Part shown: piece by piece, positions 25,507 to 39,580 of the stretch | How the letters are laid out: every line of letters begins with the position of its first letter | Numbering within the stretch: the stretch's first letter is position 1 | NCBI RefSeq assembly: GCF_020745735.1 | Contig: NC_083414.1 | Location: 13,144,001 to 13,208,000 of the forward strand | Source: Hemiscyllium ocellatum | Taxonomy: Eukaryota | Length of the DNA stretch: 64,000 nucleotides | Direction of reading: 5' to 3' | Made by a program: the position numbers and the translations under genes | Notes under the pieces: model-generated | The model's input: the letters and a program-made list of their open reading frames with translations, nothing else | What the model was told of the DNA's origin: nothing | Database searches by the model: none

Positions 25507-25996
25507 TGTTCAAAAATATCAAAGCAAAACCAATCCTCTTCTCACTTAGTGGCCATACATGCAACATCCTCAATGTGGTTGCACTGATTGCCAAAGCCAC
25601 AAAGACCACATGCTCACCTTATTCTTTTTAAGATGTGTTGAGCAGTAGGCCACTGGAAGATACTTAAAATGTATTACGGATACCCTTGTACAATTAGCTT
25701 CTCCCCACATCTTTCCCCCCTCCCCCACTCCCAAAAAAAAACTGTAGGGCCTTCCCTGAATAGTTCAGATAAATTTGGTTTTTACTGAAAGGTTTCATTT
25801 TCAGGATAAACCAAAGTAATGATTTTATGTAATCAATCCAAGTACCAGATCTGGATTGAAACACGATACCTTAATATTGTATTCAAATTTCTGTGTAGGT
25901 TGGATTCTTGCTATATATTTCTAATGAGCAGTTTTTGCTTTTCTCGTGTACTTACAGTCTACACTTTGACCTGACTCTCTCTCTTTAAATTTCCAG

Positions 25997-26090
25997 TCCT
26001 TCCTAACAAGGAAATATTATTTTAACAACCCAGATGATGGATTTTTCAAGAAGACCAAGAGAAAAGTTGTTCCTCCTTCCCCCATGACCG
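25997..26090 (+). CDS. EMC3: EMC3 exon 3 (94 nt)
   Basis: [31 protein letters not shown](D); AG/GT boundaries. Confidence 0.97.
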
Positions 26091-26939
26091 GTAATGTGTT
26101 TTTACCCTTTGTTTAGAGGGTATGTAATCTCTTTCATGGGAGATCCAAACAAAGGTGACTGGAAAGGATGCCATAGAAAAGTTTGACAAAGAGGAATGCA
26201 CTCTCATTACATTAACCAATTTTTTATTGCAAAAATATACTATATTCATAAAATCTTTTTCTACATTCACAATACAAAAGCAGTCAGTACAGTCCTTGCG
26301 CATCAAGAAAAACAAAACATTGGTATTCGCAAAAACCAAAGGTTCTTCTTAATCTTGTAAGATATTATTTACATACATTGAAAAGCAGTGAGAGGGTCTG
26401 GTAACTGAACAGACCGATGTTATTATTCATAAAGACCTTAGACCATGGTCTCTTCACCACCACCACAAAGAAAATTTGATCATTTATCCGATTTTAGTTT
26501 ATGGAACCTTGTAAAGCCTGCAGTTGCCTTCCATATTGCCTAGAAAATAATGGTGACTGTTCTTGAGATTTAGCGACTGTAAATGCTAATTCTTAACAAT
26601 TTTTTTAAAAACCATAACTAAGCAAGTTGAAGAATCCGACAGCAGTAAAGGGAAAAGTGGTTCGATAGTCACTGGTTGTTTCTGTCCTTTGAAGCTCACA
26701 TTAAATTTCCATTATCCTTTACCCAGTTTGTGGTGAGAATGTCTTGGAATCTTTTACTGAAATCATCCTGATTTCTATAAAGACTTAAAAAAAGGCACCA
26801 AGTGCAGCATTTCAAATGGTTTTGGCTTCTTTCAAAAAAGCTACAGCTGACACATTCAACATATAGCTACCTCTTCAAACACTGATGGACCTGCTTTGCT
26901 TCCAACATTTCTGTCTTTCTTAAATCTGGATTCATAAAG

Positions 26940-27245
26940 TCACAGTGAAGATAGGGATGGGGGGAGCAAATTCCCTTCCTCACCTTATTCATCCCAATTA
27001 GCAGCTACTCATTCTCCCAGGCTGACCTTTACCTATTTCTTTGTCTTCCCAACTATTGTTCTCTAAGTCTGAGCTCCATCTCCAGCTATTGTTTATTCCT
27101 CCCCATCTTCAGCATATATACCAACCTTTTCCTAGCTACATTCAGTTCTGAAGAAGGCTCAGTGGACTTGAAATGTTAAATGTGCTCTCTCTCCACAGAT
27201 GCTGCCAGACCTGCTGAGTTCTTTCAGCAATTTCTATTTTTGTTG
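26940..27245 (+). mobile_element. Old PLE 3' UTR with decayed HHR
   Basis: TTCTGAAGAAGGCTCAGTGGACTTGAAATGTT..CAGATGCTGCCAGACCTGCTGAG; an inverted partial copy lies at ~27375-27420. Confidence 0.55.
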
Positions 27246-27904
27246 TTTTCAGTAATATATCACAGAGTTAATAACTGGAGTTTTATAGAATGACACATTA
27301 TGACAATATACTAATTGGGACATGCATTTATGATACCACCAAACATCACAATGTGCTTTTTGGTGATATACTTTTGGAAAAAACAAATTACTCAGCAGGT
27401 CTAGCAGCATCTGTGGAGAGCCAACATTGTTTTTGTTTCTGATTTCCAGCATCTGCAGTTTTATTTTATTTAGTACTTTTGAAGAATCGTCACACTTGAA
27501 TGTGGAAAATGTAGCAGCCAATATACACAGCAAGGTCCCACCATCAGCAGTATGATCATGACCGTATGGTTTGTTTTGGTAATGTTGATTGTTGGAAAAT
27601 ATTGGTCAGGTCAAGGGAGTAACTCCCCTTCTCCTGTTCAAAATGGTACACCCACTTGAGGGACCAGATGAGGCATCTGTTTAATATCACATGCAAAAGG
27701 CTATGTAGAATTTTCTCAACATCGTATTATAATGTCAGCTTTGATTTTTTATGAATTTTCCATGTGAAATTGTAGAATGTTGATCTATACCCCTTGTTTC
27801 CCACAAAATCATATTAATTTAAATTAATTTACCTCACATGGGGGATGTGCCACATTGCTCCCAACTATTGTAGAAATGGTACCTGAGCAAGGGTTTTTGC
27901 TTAT

Positions 27905-28395
27905 TAGGTTATTTACAGTATGGAAACAGACCCTTCGGCCCAACAAGTCCACGCTAACCCTCTGAAGAGTAACCTATCTAGACCCATTGCCCCTGACTAA
28001 TGTACCTAACACTATGGGCAGTTTAACATGGCCAATTTACCTGACCTGCACATCTTTGGACTATGGGAAGAAACCGGAGTACCCGGAGGAAACCCATGGG
28101 GAGAATGTGCAAACTCCACACAGACAGTCGCCCGAGGTGGGAATTGAACCTGGGTCCCTGGCGCTGTGAGGCAGCAGTGCTAACCATTGAGCCACTGTGC
28201 CACTCCTAAAGTGTGGAAACAGGCCCTTTGGTCCAACAAGTCCACACCGACCCATTCCCCTATCCTACTATCCTATATTTACCCCTGACTGATGGACCGA
28301 ACCTACACATCCCTGAACATTATGGGCAATTTAGCATGGCCAATTCACCTAATTTGCACATCTTTGGAAATGTGGGAGAAACCGAAGCACCTGGA
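27905..28395 (-). mobile_element. Two adjacent HE1-like V-SINE copies (27905-28203 near complete; 28210-28395 partial)
   Basis: Colinear with 10280-10591. Confidence 0.85.
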
Positions 28396-28436
28396 GATGA
28401 GACTAAAGCGTATTAACTCCCATTTCATGTTTTCAG

Positions 28437-28541
28437 ACCCCACTATGGTGATGGATATGATGAAGGGCAATGTGACCAATGTACTTCCTATGATCCTTAT
28501 TGGTGGTTGGATCAACTGGACCTTCTCTGGTTTTGTTACCA
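28437..28541 (+). CDS. EMC3: EMC3 exon 4 (105 nt)
   Basis: (D)[34 protein letters not shown](T); TTTCAG acceptor, GTAAGT donor. Confidence 0.97.
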
Positions 28542-29781
28542 GTAAGTAAAGCACTGTAGCACAGTGGTAGCTAAACTTACTTGTTAATATGATGTACTTA
28601 AACTGATTCCTAATGTCTTTGGGCAACCATCAACTGCAAGTAACCTCCTTTTCCCATATCGCTAAGACAGTTTTCTCCAACTGAGTATTGAGGAGCAGAA
28701 ACTTAAAAATTCCAATTTCTTGTAATGACTGCATCGTTCAAACCAGTACATTGCAGAGCTTTAAGACCATCTTCAACCCACATCTGAGGTTCAACCTCCT
28801 ATCTCTTGCCAAACACAAAGACCACTTATCCAACCTCTGTAACATTATCTATCTGTAATTAGCCTCCGTGATGGAACCCACATCCATATTTTTGACATCT
28901 TTGGACTTAATTTCTCTAATGTTTGCTAGTTTTCCATTTTCTACCCTATATGAACATACTGTTCATCCAAAATCCAACTTGCTTGTGCCATGTTCTAAGC
29001 CAAATCTTACTTAACCCATTATTTTCATCTTTGCTTACTTACATTGGCACCCACTCCTCCGTACATTGCTTTTAAAATTCTTGTCTTCATCTACAAATCC
29101 TGCTATGGTTCTCAATCCTCTCTGATTCTAAATCCCATAGACCTACCTCCCCTGTTAAAATCTTTTAACATTCCGTTAATGTAAGTTCTCAGGTTAGTTT
29201 TTCAAACTTTCAAAATATTCACTGCCCAACAGGATAAATTTTGTCCAATCTCTATGGTCTGTTTTCCTATTCCTTCATGGGAAGTTGAGTCATGTCCCCT
29301 CTGAATTTTAGTTTATAGGAAATATTCATTCAGTGGACTTTGCCATCAGTTATCTTGACTTCAGTCTGCAATTTCTCTATCTTAACTGTTGTGTGGAAAT
29401 TAATGCAACTGTTCCAAGCACTGATTTAATTACATTGCACTTATTAATGCAAAGGGAATGTACAATTGTAGATCATATTAGTCCAAATGCCAAGATTCTT
29501 TTACTTGAGTTATTATTGTCAAATGTACATTGATACAGTGAAAAGTATTGTTTTGTGTACTAACCAGACAAATCAAAGCTTGCGTAAGTCTATCAGTAAT
29601 AGAACATAATGCAGAAAATAGTGTTGTGGCTACAGAGAAACATCCTCTTTAATATGAAAGGTCCGTTCATAGGTCTGATATCAGTGGGGAAGAAACTTTA
29701 TACCAACAGATTCAAGGTATAAGTTCAGAAAATCAAAGGTGGAATGTTTTTGCAAATAAAGCATTTCTTTTTTCTCTTCAG

Positions 29782-29863
29782 CCAAAGTTCCATTTCCTTT
29801 GACGCTGCGTTTTAAGCCTATGTTACAGCAGGGAATTGAGCTACTCTCACTGGATGCTTCCTG
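29782..29863 (+). CDS. EMC3: EMC3 exon 5 (82 nt)
   Basis: (T)[26 protein letters not shown](W); GTATGT donor. Confidence 0.97.
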
Positions 29864-30649
29864 GTATGTTGACAAATATGCATAAGAAAAGTCAAGAATC
29901 GGGAAAGGGTATACAGAGGGTCAACACTTATCCTTGATGCTTTCAATATCATTTTTTGTACATACTTTAACAATTACTTTTGAAAAAATCAGTGAAGCTT
30001 TCGTAAGACTTAAGAAATGGAGCCTTCTGGGGTAAAAGGCTAATTACTGTATCATTCACTGTGTTAATGGACCCAAAGGTAAATATTAAAATCGCTGACT
30101 TATTGGCTTAGAACAGCATCCTCCTTGATAATTGGATCCAAGCCTGAACGTAAAGTGAGAGGCAAGACATAATGCTTTTCCTTGACAGTAACTTTATTTG
30201 CCAAACAAATTGTATCTCAAATCTTCTGACCCCACTCGCCATGCCCCAGCTTTTCCCTTTTTATATGTATTCAAAGACAATCAATTAACACTGTCACCTA
30301 TTTATCCTCGACGTTAATGATGTAATGGACTTGATATTAACATTGTTTCAAATCTTGCTTTCATTTTGACAATTTCTTCCAGCTATGATCTAAACATGTA
30401 CTACATTCTTGACAAAGTATTATTCGTTCTAGATTATCAGTGGATATACCTTCAACACCTTAAGCTCTCTTCCTAAATCCTTCTCCTTTGCACCTGCATC
30501 CAGCCATCTCCTCCTTAGTATTTACCTCTTATTATCCCCATAAGGTGCTCAAAATGTTTTTCGTTAAATCACAAATACTACAGAAATAAAGATCTATTTT
30601 AATGAGAAGTAGCAGACATAAACAAACTTGTGAAATTGGTGCAGTGGAT

Positions 30650-31135
30650 CATTTAACCCTTAAAATCTGCTCCTCCATTCAATAAGATCACAAGATCTGA
30701 TGTTTTAAATTCCACCTTACATATAACCCCCCATCCCCAAAATGCTTTCAATTCTCTTGCCTAATAATAATCCATTCATTTCTGAGTTAAAAATACTCAT
30801 TGTCCCTGCTTCCACAGCCTTCTGGGGCAGAGTTCTAAAGTCGCCCAACTTTGAGGGAAAAAAGTTATCCTCATCTCTGTCCTGACAAGGTAACTCCTAA
30901 TTTTAATGGAGTGCCCCCTCGTTCTGGATTTGTCCATACAGGAAGTATCCTTTTCACATCCATTTTGTGAAAGCACTTTAGGATTTTGTATGCTTCAATC
31001 AAGTCACCCCTCACGTTTCTGAACTCTAGTGGACACTAGCCGAGCCTATCTGACCAGTCCTCCGAAGACAACACACATAATCAATATATCAGTCTAATGA
31101 GTATGCTCTGAACTGCCTTTGATGCATTTATGTCC
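30650..31135 (-). mobile_element. Old CR1 3' fragment
   Basis: Degenerate reverse-strand RGDLIE.YKIL (CAAGTCACCCCTC) and WA(E)LCP-like remnants. Confidence 0.6.
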
Positions 31136-32185
31136 TACTACCAAGGAAGAATAGGGGAAGCAGCGAATTAGCAGGACTGAACCCAGTTTTTAAAAGTTGA
31201 GGGAAAGGGATTGAGGGAGAAAATACAAAAGTGTGGTCATGTGTTTGAGGGAATGGATATTTATGGTGAAAACAAGATCAAAAAAGGTGCCTAGAAATGG
31301 TCACTTTTCACAACAAATAGGACATATTAAAATCTTCCCTGACTGCTAGCCATTCAAATGCTTCAGTACTTCTTTAGTGTCTCCTCTGTTTTAATTGATG
31401 TTGAATTAAACTGGCAAATCAATCATAGACCCTTGAGACTCCAGTCTACTAAAAATTCAGTATGTTTATTGATTTTTAAATGGAAATAAGATCAATTGGG
31501 TCATTCAAGACTCCATTAAATTACTCATGAGTTTTATATTAATGTTCCTAAATCTATCTCTTCAATTCCACTTTTAACATCTTTTTGTTTTCTAACTGTT
31601 TTCTTCAAATACTCACTACTCATCCATATAAAATGTACTATGTGAGTTGCAAATAGATTTTTTTTTAATGGAGGCAGAGTGGGGAAATTCAAATTGTCGC
31701 TTGTCCACAGAGTATCATTGAATGCAATCATTGCTGTAATGGACTGTCAATTTATCTGCTGTGATAGTTAACCAGTGACTGAACAAAAGAACGTTGAATG
31801 TGCTTTGTTTTCTCAACTGTCAAATAGCATCAGCTTACTCAAACATAGCACATCAAGAGTAACTCCATATTCATAGCTGGAATGTTATCGTCCCATACAG
31901 GATTGAAGGTTTAGAACAGTCACTGCCCCTGGAACCATCCCAAGGGAAATCTATCCTTCAGTCAAGAGACTAGAGTATTTCGAAGAACACAATATACAGA
32001 GAAAGCATGAGTGACAAATCAATTGATTTCAGTTGTGAGAGTTTGATTAGGTTTTGTGTTGCTGGATAGAAGCAAGACAAAAGAGAAAAACTTACATAAT
32101 TGATTATGTCTTGATAATGTTTGAACATTCAACGTTTTAACTCGAGGAGGATGCTTTTGCTGTAGCAAGAGGTAGACAAAGTTGA

Positions 32186-32350
<165 letters not shown>

Positions 32351-32650
32351 TAACAATTCAGTCTTTATGTTTTGATAGGTGTACATTAGACATTTTGGAG
32401 GCAATGGAATCAAGTGAAGACATTTTTCCACAAAAAGAAAGCTTAAGCTTCATTGACTTATTAATCTAACAATTCACTATTAAATGGCATTGTTAGAGAA
32501 TGCAGCTCATCTTAAAAAAAAAAGAGTTGTGATTGATCAATTTAAATGGAACAGCAAATAAAATAAGCCATGTCTTATTTGGATGAGAACAGAAAGAAGG
32601 AAGAATCTGAAATTGAACATACACAATTTATCATCTTTATTGCTCTATTA

Positions 32651-33153
32651 CAATTCTTGCCACCCTGCTATAGCAAGGATATTGTCAAACCTGAAAGGGT
32701 ACAGAAAAAAATTACAAGGATCTTGCTAGGACTGGAGGGTTTCAGTTATAAAGAGAGGCTGGATAGGATGAATCTTTTTCCCTGGAGCGGATGCTGATGG
32801 GTGAACATATAAAGGTTTATAAAATCATGAGGGGCATAGGTAAGGTAACTTTACCAAAGGTAGGGGAGTCCAAAACTATAGGGCACAAGTTTAAGGTGAG
32901 AAGGGAGAGATTTTAAAGGGACTGGAGGGCAAACGTTTCATACAAGGTTGGTGTGTGTATGAAATGAGCTGCCAGAGGAAATGGTCGAGGCAGGCTCATT
33001 TACAATATCTAAAAGACATTTGGACACGTACATGGATAGGAAAGGTTTAGTGGGATATTGGCAAACGGAAGCAAATGGGAATGGTTCCGTTTAGGATATT
33101 TGGTCAGCATGGGCAAATTTGTCCAATGTGTCTGCACTCGTGCTGTATGACTC
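32651..33153 (+). mobile_element. CR1 3' fragment
   Basis: KDIVKPERVQKKITRILLGLEGFSYKERL; CR1 3' UTR. Confidence 0.85.
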
Positions 33154-35462
33154 TTGGGGGATTTAGTGCAAAATAGTTTTTCTGTTGCATCCTATATGGT
33201 GTTGATAGACTATTCTAAGGTACCTTTCTGATATTTTAACAGAGAATTAAAAAATAACAGTTGGGCTCTACAACAACTTGGTTCTCAAAACTTAGTAAAC
33301 TGAGATCTTTGACTCCTATCAGAACCTCTAAATTATATACATCATGGTCTAGCTGTTGTATTTTAATCAAGTTCATGAAAGGATGCAGTGGCATCATTTG
33401 AAGAAAATCTTCAATGCTCCCAATGCCTGAGCCAAGATTCCTCTAACCAACACCATTAAAAAGGAAATTATCCACTTCATCATCTTATTGCTGTTCCTTG
33501 GATTTCACTACAACTAATGATTCTTCGCATGCAAAACTGCTTTAAAGTGATTCATTGTGTACTGTGGATTATGATAAGATAAAATCTGAATGCCAAGATT
33601 TTATCATAATGTTTGAAAAAAATGTTACGATACTTAACTACCGTTATTAAACAGATGGCTATGGAACTATTTTCCATGTTCTCTGGTAGTCTTTGGCAAA
33701 ACACATCAACAGCCCTATTTTTTAACAGCCTGTGGAGACTGAAGCTGGCAGGTGTTCTGAAGTCTCAATGCACAGTCACCACAGACTCATACCAAAACAC
33801 ATTTCAAAGTGAGGAGGAGGAGAAAGATATTCTGATTGTTGGTAGCATTTTATTTCACAAAAACCAAGATCCTTTGGTGTTTATTTACCAAAAAATATGT
33901 AAGCAAGAACAAAATAAATAAGTTGTATTTATACAACACATTATCACATCTTTTAAAAATGTTCCAATGTCTTTCACATACAGGCAATTGCTTGGGTGTG
34001 TCATGCAGGCAAAATACAGTGACTGTTTTATGCACAGCAAGCTTGCAAACAATTAGTAAACTTAAAATACTAATGATTCAGTAGTCTGGTTTAATAGCTG
34101 CTTTGAGCCAAACAAGCGAGTGAATGTCACATTCTCAAAAGAATATCATGGCTCTTAACCTTTTTTAACATTTCTAAAATACTTCTTAATAACCTACTCA
34201 GATGTTATGATACCTCTGGAGCAGGTGAGACTTTAACCTGGGCCTACTGGTAGGGGTAGGGACAGTACCACTGTGCCAAAGAGTCTTTTAAGCATCTTCT
34301 CTAAGGACAGTTGAACATAAGAGATGTAGGTGTGTCCAACTTATTAATTTTGTTGAATACTGTGTGGCCTGAATGAGGCTGAATGGAAGTTAAATTTAAG
34401 TCATTGAAGATTTAAGCTATGCCTGCTGAATTCCTGATCTCAACCTTCAGTCTAATCCTGCTCTGACCTCCACACAAGCAAAACACGTGTAATGCTACAA
34501 TAATGGTGTGATTTGTATTTCTGAGCATGTGTGAAGGGGAATTTGGAATCCGAAGTTGGCAACCGATATTTGTTCTTGAACATCTCCCAAAGATTGCATT
34601 TCATGAGCTCTGAAATTACAAATGTCTTTTCCTGCCTTCAAATTTTCTTTTTGCTTGTTTCAAAAAGGCAATCTGGATAATGAAGAATAAATGTCAGCCT
34701 GTAAGAATTAGGAAGATTAGAACTCATGAATAGCAGAAGTCGTCTCTGATGTTTTATCAAGGCAAAAATGATCATTCATCTTATTCAGCCTGTTCCTTCA
34801 ATATTTTAGTTATCAACACACATGATTTAACATGTTGAGTAGAGGAAGTAATTACAGATAAAATTTCAAAGCATGTTTGGAAAGCCTAAATTCTAGTTTT
34901 CAATCTTATCTACAATATTTCAGCAACTTGAATACAATGGGATGTGATTAAAACAGCTTATACTAATGCTTCTTAATTTAGGCCTGAATTTAATTTCTTA
35001 ATAGTTACAAGTGCAGCAATCGTTTACTTGAATTGCCATAAAAACTCATCTTTTAATATTTTTGAGTTGGCATGAATTTATATCCTCCTGATGTAAATAG
35101 CTGTGTTATCAGTTTGCACAGAGAAGACGTGAGACAGCAATTTCATGTATGAGTCAGATCAATAATTCAGTGCACTAAGTACATTCGGGTATGATCTAAG
35201 TAAATCCCTCAAAGATCATATTTAGTTTGGGACAGCTGGTGGGAAGTTGATGTGAGCTAATCTATTGAGGGGTCCATATCAGGTTGTACTGGATGGAATG
35301 AAGACTGAAGAAGGGATAATAATAGTGTCTTCTTCTCACCTACCTTCCCTGCTTCTCCCCTGCCTGCCCCGCCCTCCAAACATATACAAGCTTTGTTTTC
35401 ATGAGCTAATAATGACATAAAGAAGTCAGATGGTTGCCTTGCAACATGCCATTCATCTAATT

Positions 35463-35498
35463 GTTCCTGATGAAGGGCTTATGCCCGAAACGTCGAAT
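35463..35498 (+). ncRNA. Minimal type I hammerhead motif within an ~80-bp solo PLE fragment (35463-35542)
   Basis: GTTC-CTGATGA-A-GGGC-TTAT-GCCC-GAAA-CG-TC-GAAT: intact core, GUC triplet, 4-bp stems I and II. Confidence 0.8.
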
Positions 35499-36363
35499 TT
35501 CCTATTCCTTGGATGCTGCCTAACCTGCTATGCTTTAACCACCAACCAACCATTTTCACCTGCAAGGCTTTGGTTTGCCCTCTGAGTTTGCTAATCTGGG
35601 TTATTAGTCATTGTGTTTGTATGCCTCACTGGGGTAGTACCTTATAAATAAAATCCTGTTCCACCTGGAATCATTACAAAATTTAAAGATTTTGCCTGTC
35701 ACTTTGAAAGCAAGGATCAAGTTTCTGTACTTTAAGAATTAGTATTTAATACAAAATAAATTCTAACAATGATAAACAATTATGTCTTGCCAACTTATAA
35801 CTTTACTAGTTAAAACTCTAACCCCTCTGCATACACACAAATGTACAGGCAGGCACAGAAACACTTGGGTGTTATGCGAAGACTGGGAAGGCAGTTTCCT
35901 GAGATGACTCTTTGCTGATTGGAATGCTGCTTGTTTTTTGATCTTCATTTTTAGTACTTTCACTTGTTTGCAAGAGGCATAGGATAAGTGGTTTGTGCTT
36001 ATAAATTAAAAGTCTCAACTGACAGCAACTGATGAGCAGAAATAAACTGGCTATCTCAAGCATAAAATGCTTTTAACTGCAGAGCAAGCTCAGCTCCTTC
36101 CTTTCTAGAGATCTGATAACTTCTGTCCAAACTGTTCATCTGTATTGGAGCCAATCACAGTTATTGGCTGGTAGGATGTCTTATCCTCAATAACTCTTCA
36201 CCGTTTTACAGACCAATCAATTACTTGTTGCTGGCTAAATCTCAACCTCTAAGTCTCCAGCTCAGTTGTAGCTAAGTTTCACTGCTTGAACTAAATGCTG
36301 TGTAAACGGCACTTACTTATAATGAGGGCCATGTAACGTCTTTTGAAAATGTTCAGGAATACT

Positions 36364-36700
36364 ACAGCACGGTGGTACAGTGGTTAGCACTGCTGTCTCA
36401 CATTACCAGGGACCTGGGTTTGATTCCAAAGTTACATGACTGTGTAGAGTTTGCATGTTCTCACCGTGTCTACATAGGTCTCTCTCTGGGTGCTCTGGTT
36501 CCTTCCCACAGTCCAAAGATATTCAAGTTAGGTGAATTGGCAATGCTAACAAAAATGGCCCCATAGTGTCCATTGGTGTGCAGGTTAGATGGGTTAGCCA
36601 TGGTAACCATTACGGGAATTGGGGATGTGGAGTTTCTTCCAAGGGTCAGTGCAGACTTGATGAGCTGAATGGCCTCTTTCAGCACTTTAGGGATTCTGTG
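36364..36700 (+). mobile_element. Diverged HE1-like V-SINE
   Basis: CAGCACGGTGGTACAGTGGTTAGCACTGCTG..CCCACAGTCCAAAGA. Confidence 0.8.
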
Positions 36701-37381
36701 ATTTTTTTGAATCCTTGGTTTTTAAAACCATTATTTTTTTCATTTCAGAAAAAAGAAATGTAAAGCGGTACAGATTTTACAGTACAAATCCACATCTAAA
36801 CTCAAACGGAAAAGTTAGGCAGGGTTCAAGCTGGAAAAGTCATAAATGTTGTGAGAACGCCTCTGGACGTTGCAGTATCCCCCTGGTCTATGATCATAGT
36901 CAGCAAATGTTTAGTCTGTATGATTTTTGCCAACAAGTTAGTGGATTGAGGAAGAGGGAAAATTGGGTGAAAATGAATATTTGATTATGTAACTGGTGCT
37001 TTTAATGTAATCGAATTGGAATATTCTAAAAGAGTGGTGTAATTATTGGCTACATAATGATCAAACTCCTATTTCATAAGTAGTATATTTCCAACCTCAG
37101 TAAGTGCATCCAGATTTAGGAGTGGAAAATAAGATGGAAAACTTGCGACTCGGTCAACAACCAGTAGTATCTAGCATCAATATTTTGGCATGATCAAAGT
37201 ATTTCTCCCGTTGGGCAGGAAGTGCTGCATTGGTGATGAGGGTGTAATTGTATCAGAAGGGGAAATAATAATGCAGCCTGTAAACTTCAAGGTTTGTGCG
37301 AAGATTTGTAGCTCGGGTGCTCGTTGTTGTAGTTCTGTTCGCCGAGCTGGAAGTTTTTGTTGCAAACACTTCGTCCCCTGG

Positions 37382-39325
37382 CTAGGAGACATCATCAGTG
37401 CTCTGGAGCCTCCTGCGAAGCGCTTCTTTGATGTTTCTTCCGGTATTTATAGTGGTCTGTCCTTGTCGCTTCCGGGTGTCAGTTTCAGCTGTCCGCTGTA
37501 GTGGTTGGTATATTGGGTCCAGGTCGATGTGTTTGTTGATGGAGTCTGTGGATGAATGCCATGCCTCTAGGAATTCCCTGGCTGTTCTCTGTCTGGCTTG
37601 CCCTATGATAGTAGTGTTTTCCCAGTCAAATTCATGTTGCTTGTTGTCTGAGTGTGTGGCTACTAGGGATAGATGGTCGTGTCGTTTCGTGGCTAGTTGA
37701 TGTTCATGTATGCGGATTGTTAGCTGTCTTCCTGTTTGTCCTATATAGTGTTTTGTGCAGTCCTTGCATGGTATTTTGTAAACTACATTAGTTTTGCTCA
37801 TGTTAGGTATTGGCTCCTTTGTTCTAGTAAGTTGTTGTCTGAGCGTGGCTGTTGGTTTGTGTGCCGTTATGAGTCCTAAGGGTCGCAGTAGTCTGGCTGT
37901 CAGTTCTGAAACACTCCTGATGTATGGTAGTGTGGCTAGTCCTTTTGGTTGTGGCATGTCCTCGTTCCGTGGTCTATCTCTTAGGCATCTGTTGATAAAG
38001 TTGCGCGGGTATCCGTTTTTGGCGAATACCTTGTATAGGTGTTCCTCTTCCTCTTTTCGCAGTTCTGGTGTACTGCAGTGTGTTTAGCTCTTTTGAATAG
38101 TGTCCTGATGCAGCTTCGTTTGTGTGTGTTGGAGTGGTTACTTTCATAGTTTAGGACTTGGTCTGTGTGTTTTCCTGTGTACCCTTGTGGTGAATTCTCC
38201 GTTCGGTGTTCTCTGTACTATCACATCTAGGAATGGGAGTTGGCTATCCTTTTCTTCTTCTCTCGTGAATCGGATTCCTGTGAGTGTGGCGTTGATGATC
38301 CGGTGTGTTTTTTCTATTTCCGTGTTTTTGATGATTCCAAACATGTCATCGACATATCTGACCCAGAGTTTGGGTTGAATTTGTGGTAGGGCTGTTTGTT
38401 CTAACCTTTGCATAACTGCCTCTGCTATGAGTCCCGAGATTGGTGATCCCATGGGTGTTCCGTTGATTTGTTCGTATATCTGATTGTTGAATGTAAAGTG
38501 TGTAGTGAGGCACAAGTCCAGTAGTTTAAGTATGCCGTCTTTGTTGATAGGTTCAGCCTCCTGTTTTCTGTTCTGTATGTCCAGTAGGTTGGCTATTGTT
38601 TCTCTGGCTAGGGTTTTGTCAATTGAAGTGAACAGTGCCGTCACGTCGTATGAGATCATGGTTTCTTCTTTGTCTATGTGTGTATTCCTGATGGCGTCCA
38701 AGAATTCCTGTGTTGATTGTATGGAGTGTTTGGATCCGCTGACCAGGTGTTTCAGTTTCTGTTGTAGTTCTTCGGCCAGTTTGTATGCTGGTGTCCCTGG
38801 TAGTGATACTATGGGTCTGAGTGGGATGTCTGGTTTGTGTACTTTGGGTAGTCCATAGAATCTGGGGGTGTTGTTACTTTCCGGTTTCATTCTTCGTAGG
38901 TCAGCTTTGGTTATCTGTCCGTTTTTTTGTAGATTCCTTAGTGTGTTATTTATTCTATTAGTGAGTTGTGGTGTGGGGTCAGAATCCTTCATTTGGTAGG
39001 TGTTTGTATCTGCGAGTAGTTGCTGTGCTTTTTTGATGTAATCTGATTTATCTAGGATGACAGTCATTCTGCCTTTATCTGCTGGTAGTATGATTATGTT
39101 CTTATCATTTCTTAGTGCTTTCAGTGCTTCCCTCTCCTTGGTGTTGAGGTTATGTGTTTGTCTTTTTCTTATCATCATAGGTATGACCGTTTGTCTCACT
39201 GTTTGTTCTGTCTCTTCAGTCAGTCCATTGTTCCTGAGTGTGCATTCTAGTGCTGCTAGGAAGTCTGCTGTCTTGGCATCCCTGTGGTTGTAGTTGAGTC
39301 CCTTGGCCAGTATAGTTCTTTCCAT
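37382..39325 (-). pseudogene. Penelope RT plus GIY-YIG ORF, frameshifted (minus arm)
   Basis: ILPADKG, FYGLPKVHK, SYDVTALFTSI, GTPMGSPIS, RYVDD, LPFLDV, then VVYKIPCKDC..YIGQT. Broken near 38085-38170. Confidence 0.9.
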
Positions 39326-39580
39326 GTCTGTGAGCTGTCTGTGGGAGAGGTTTTTAACCCAGGTGTGTGTTGTAGTGTCCTCTTTTTTTGTGTGTTAGTT
39401 TGGCCATTTTTTCTTTTAGTGCCGTTTTTTTTGCGATGTGTTGTCCTGTTCTGTCCTATAGTGACAGCCTGTTCTATGGTCCGGGTCCATTCATGATTAG
39501 TGGTCTTTGAAATTAACGACTTTTGGCGCGCAATTTCTTGTTTGTATTTGTGCAGTCAGTTGTGAGCATCTGTGATCAGG

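Noticed and set aside
28292-28549. 85-aa ORF suggesting a SINE-fused EMC3 exon
   Set aside because: A canonical acceptor at 28436 gives the expected 105-nt exon; the open upstream frame is incidental SINE sequence.
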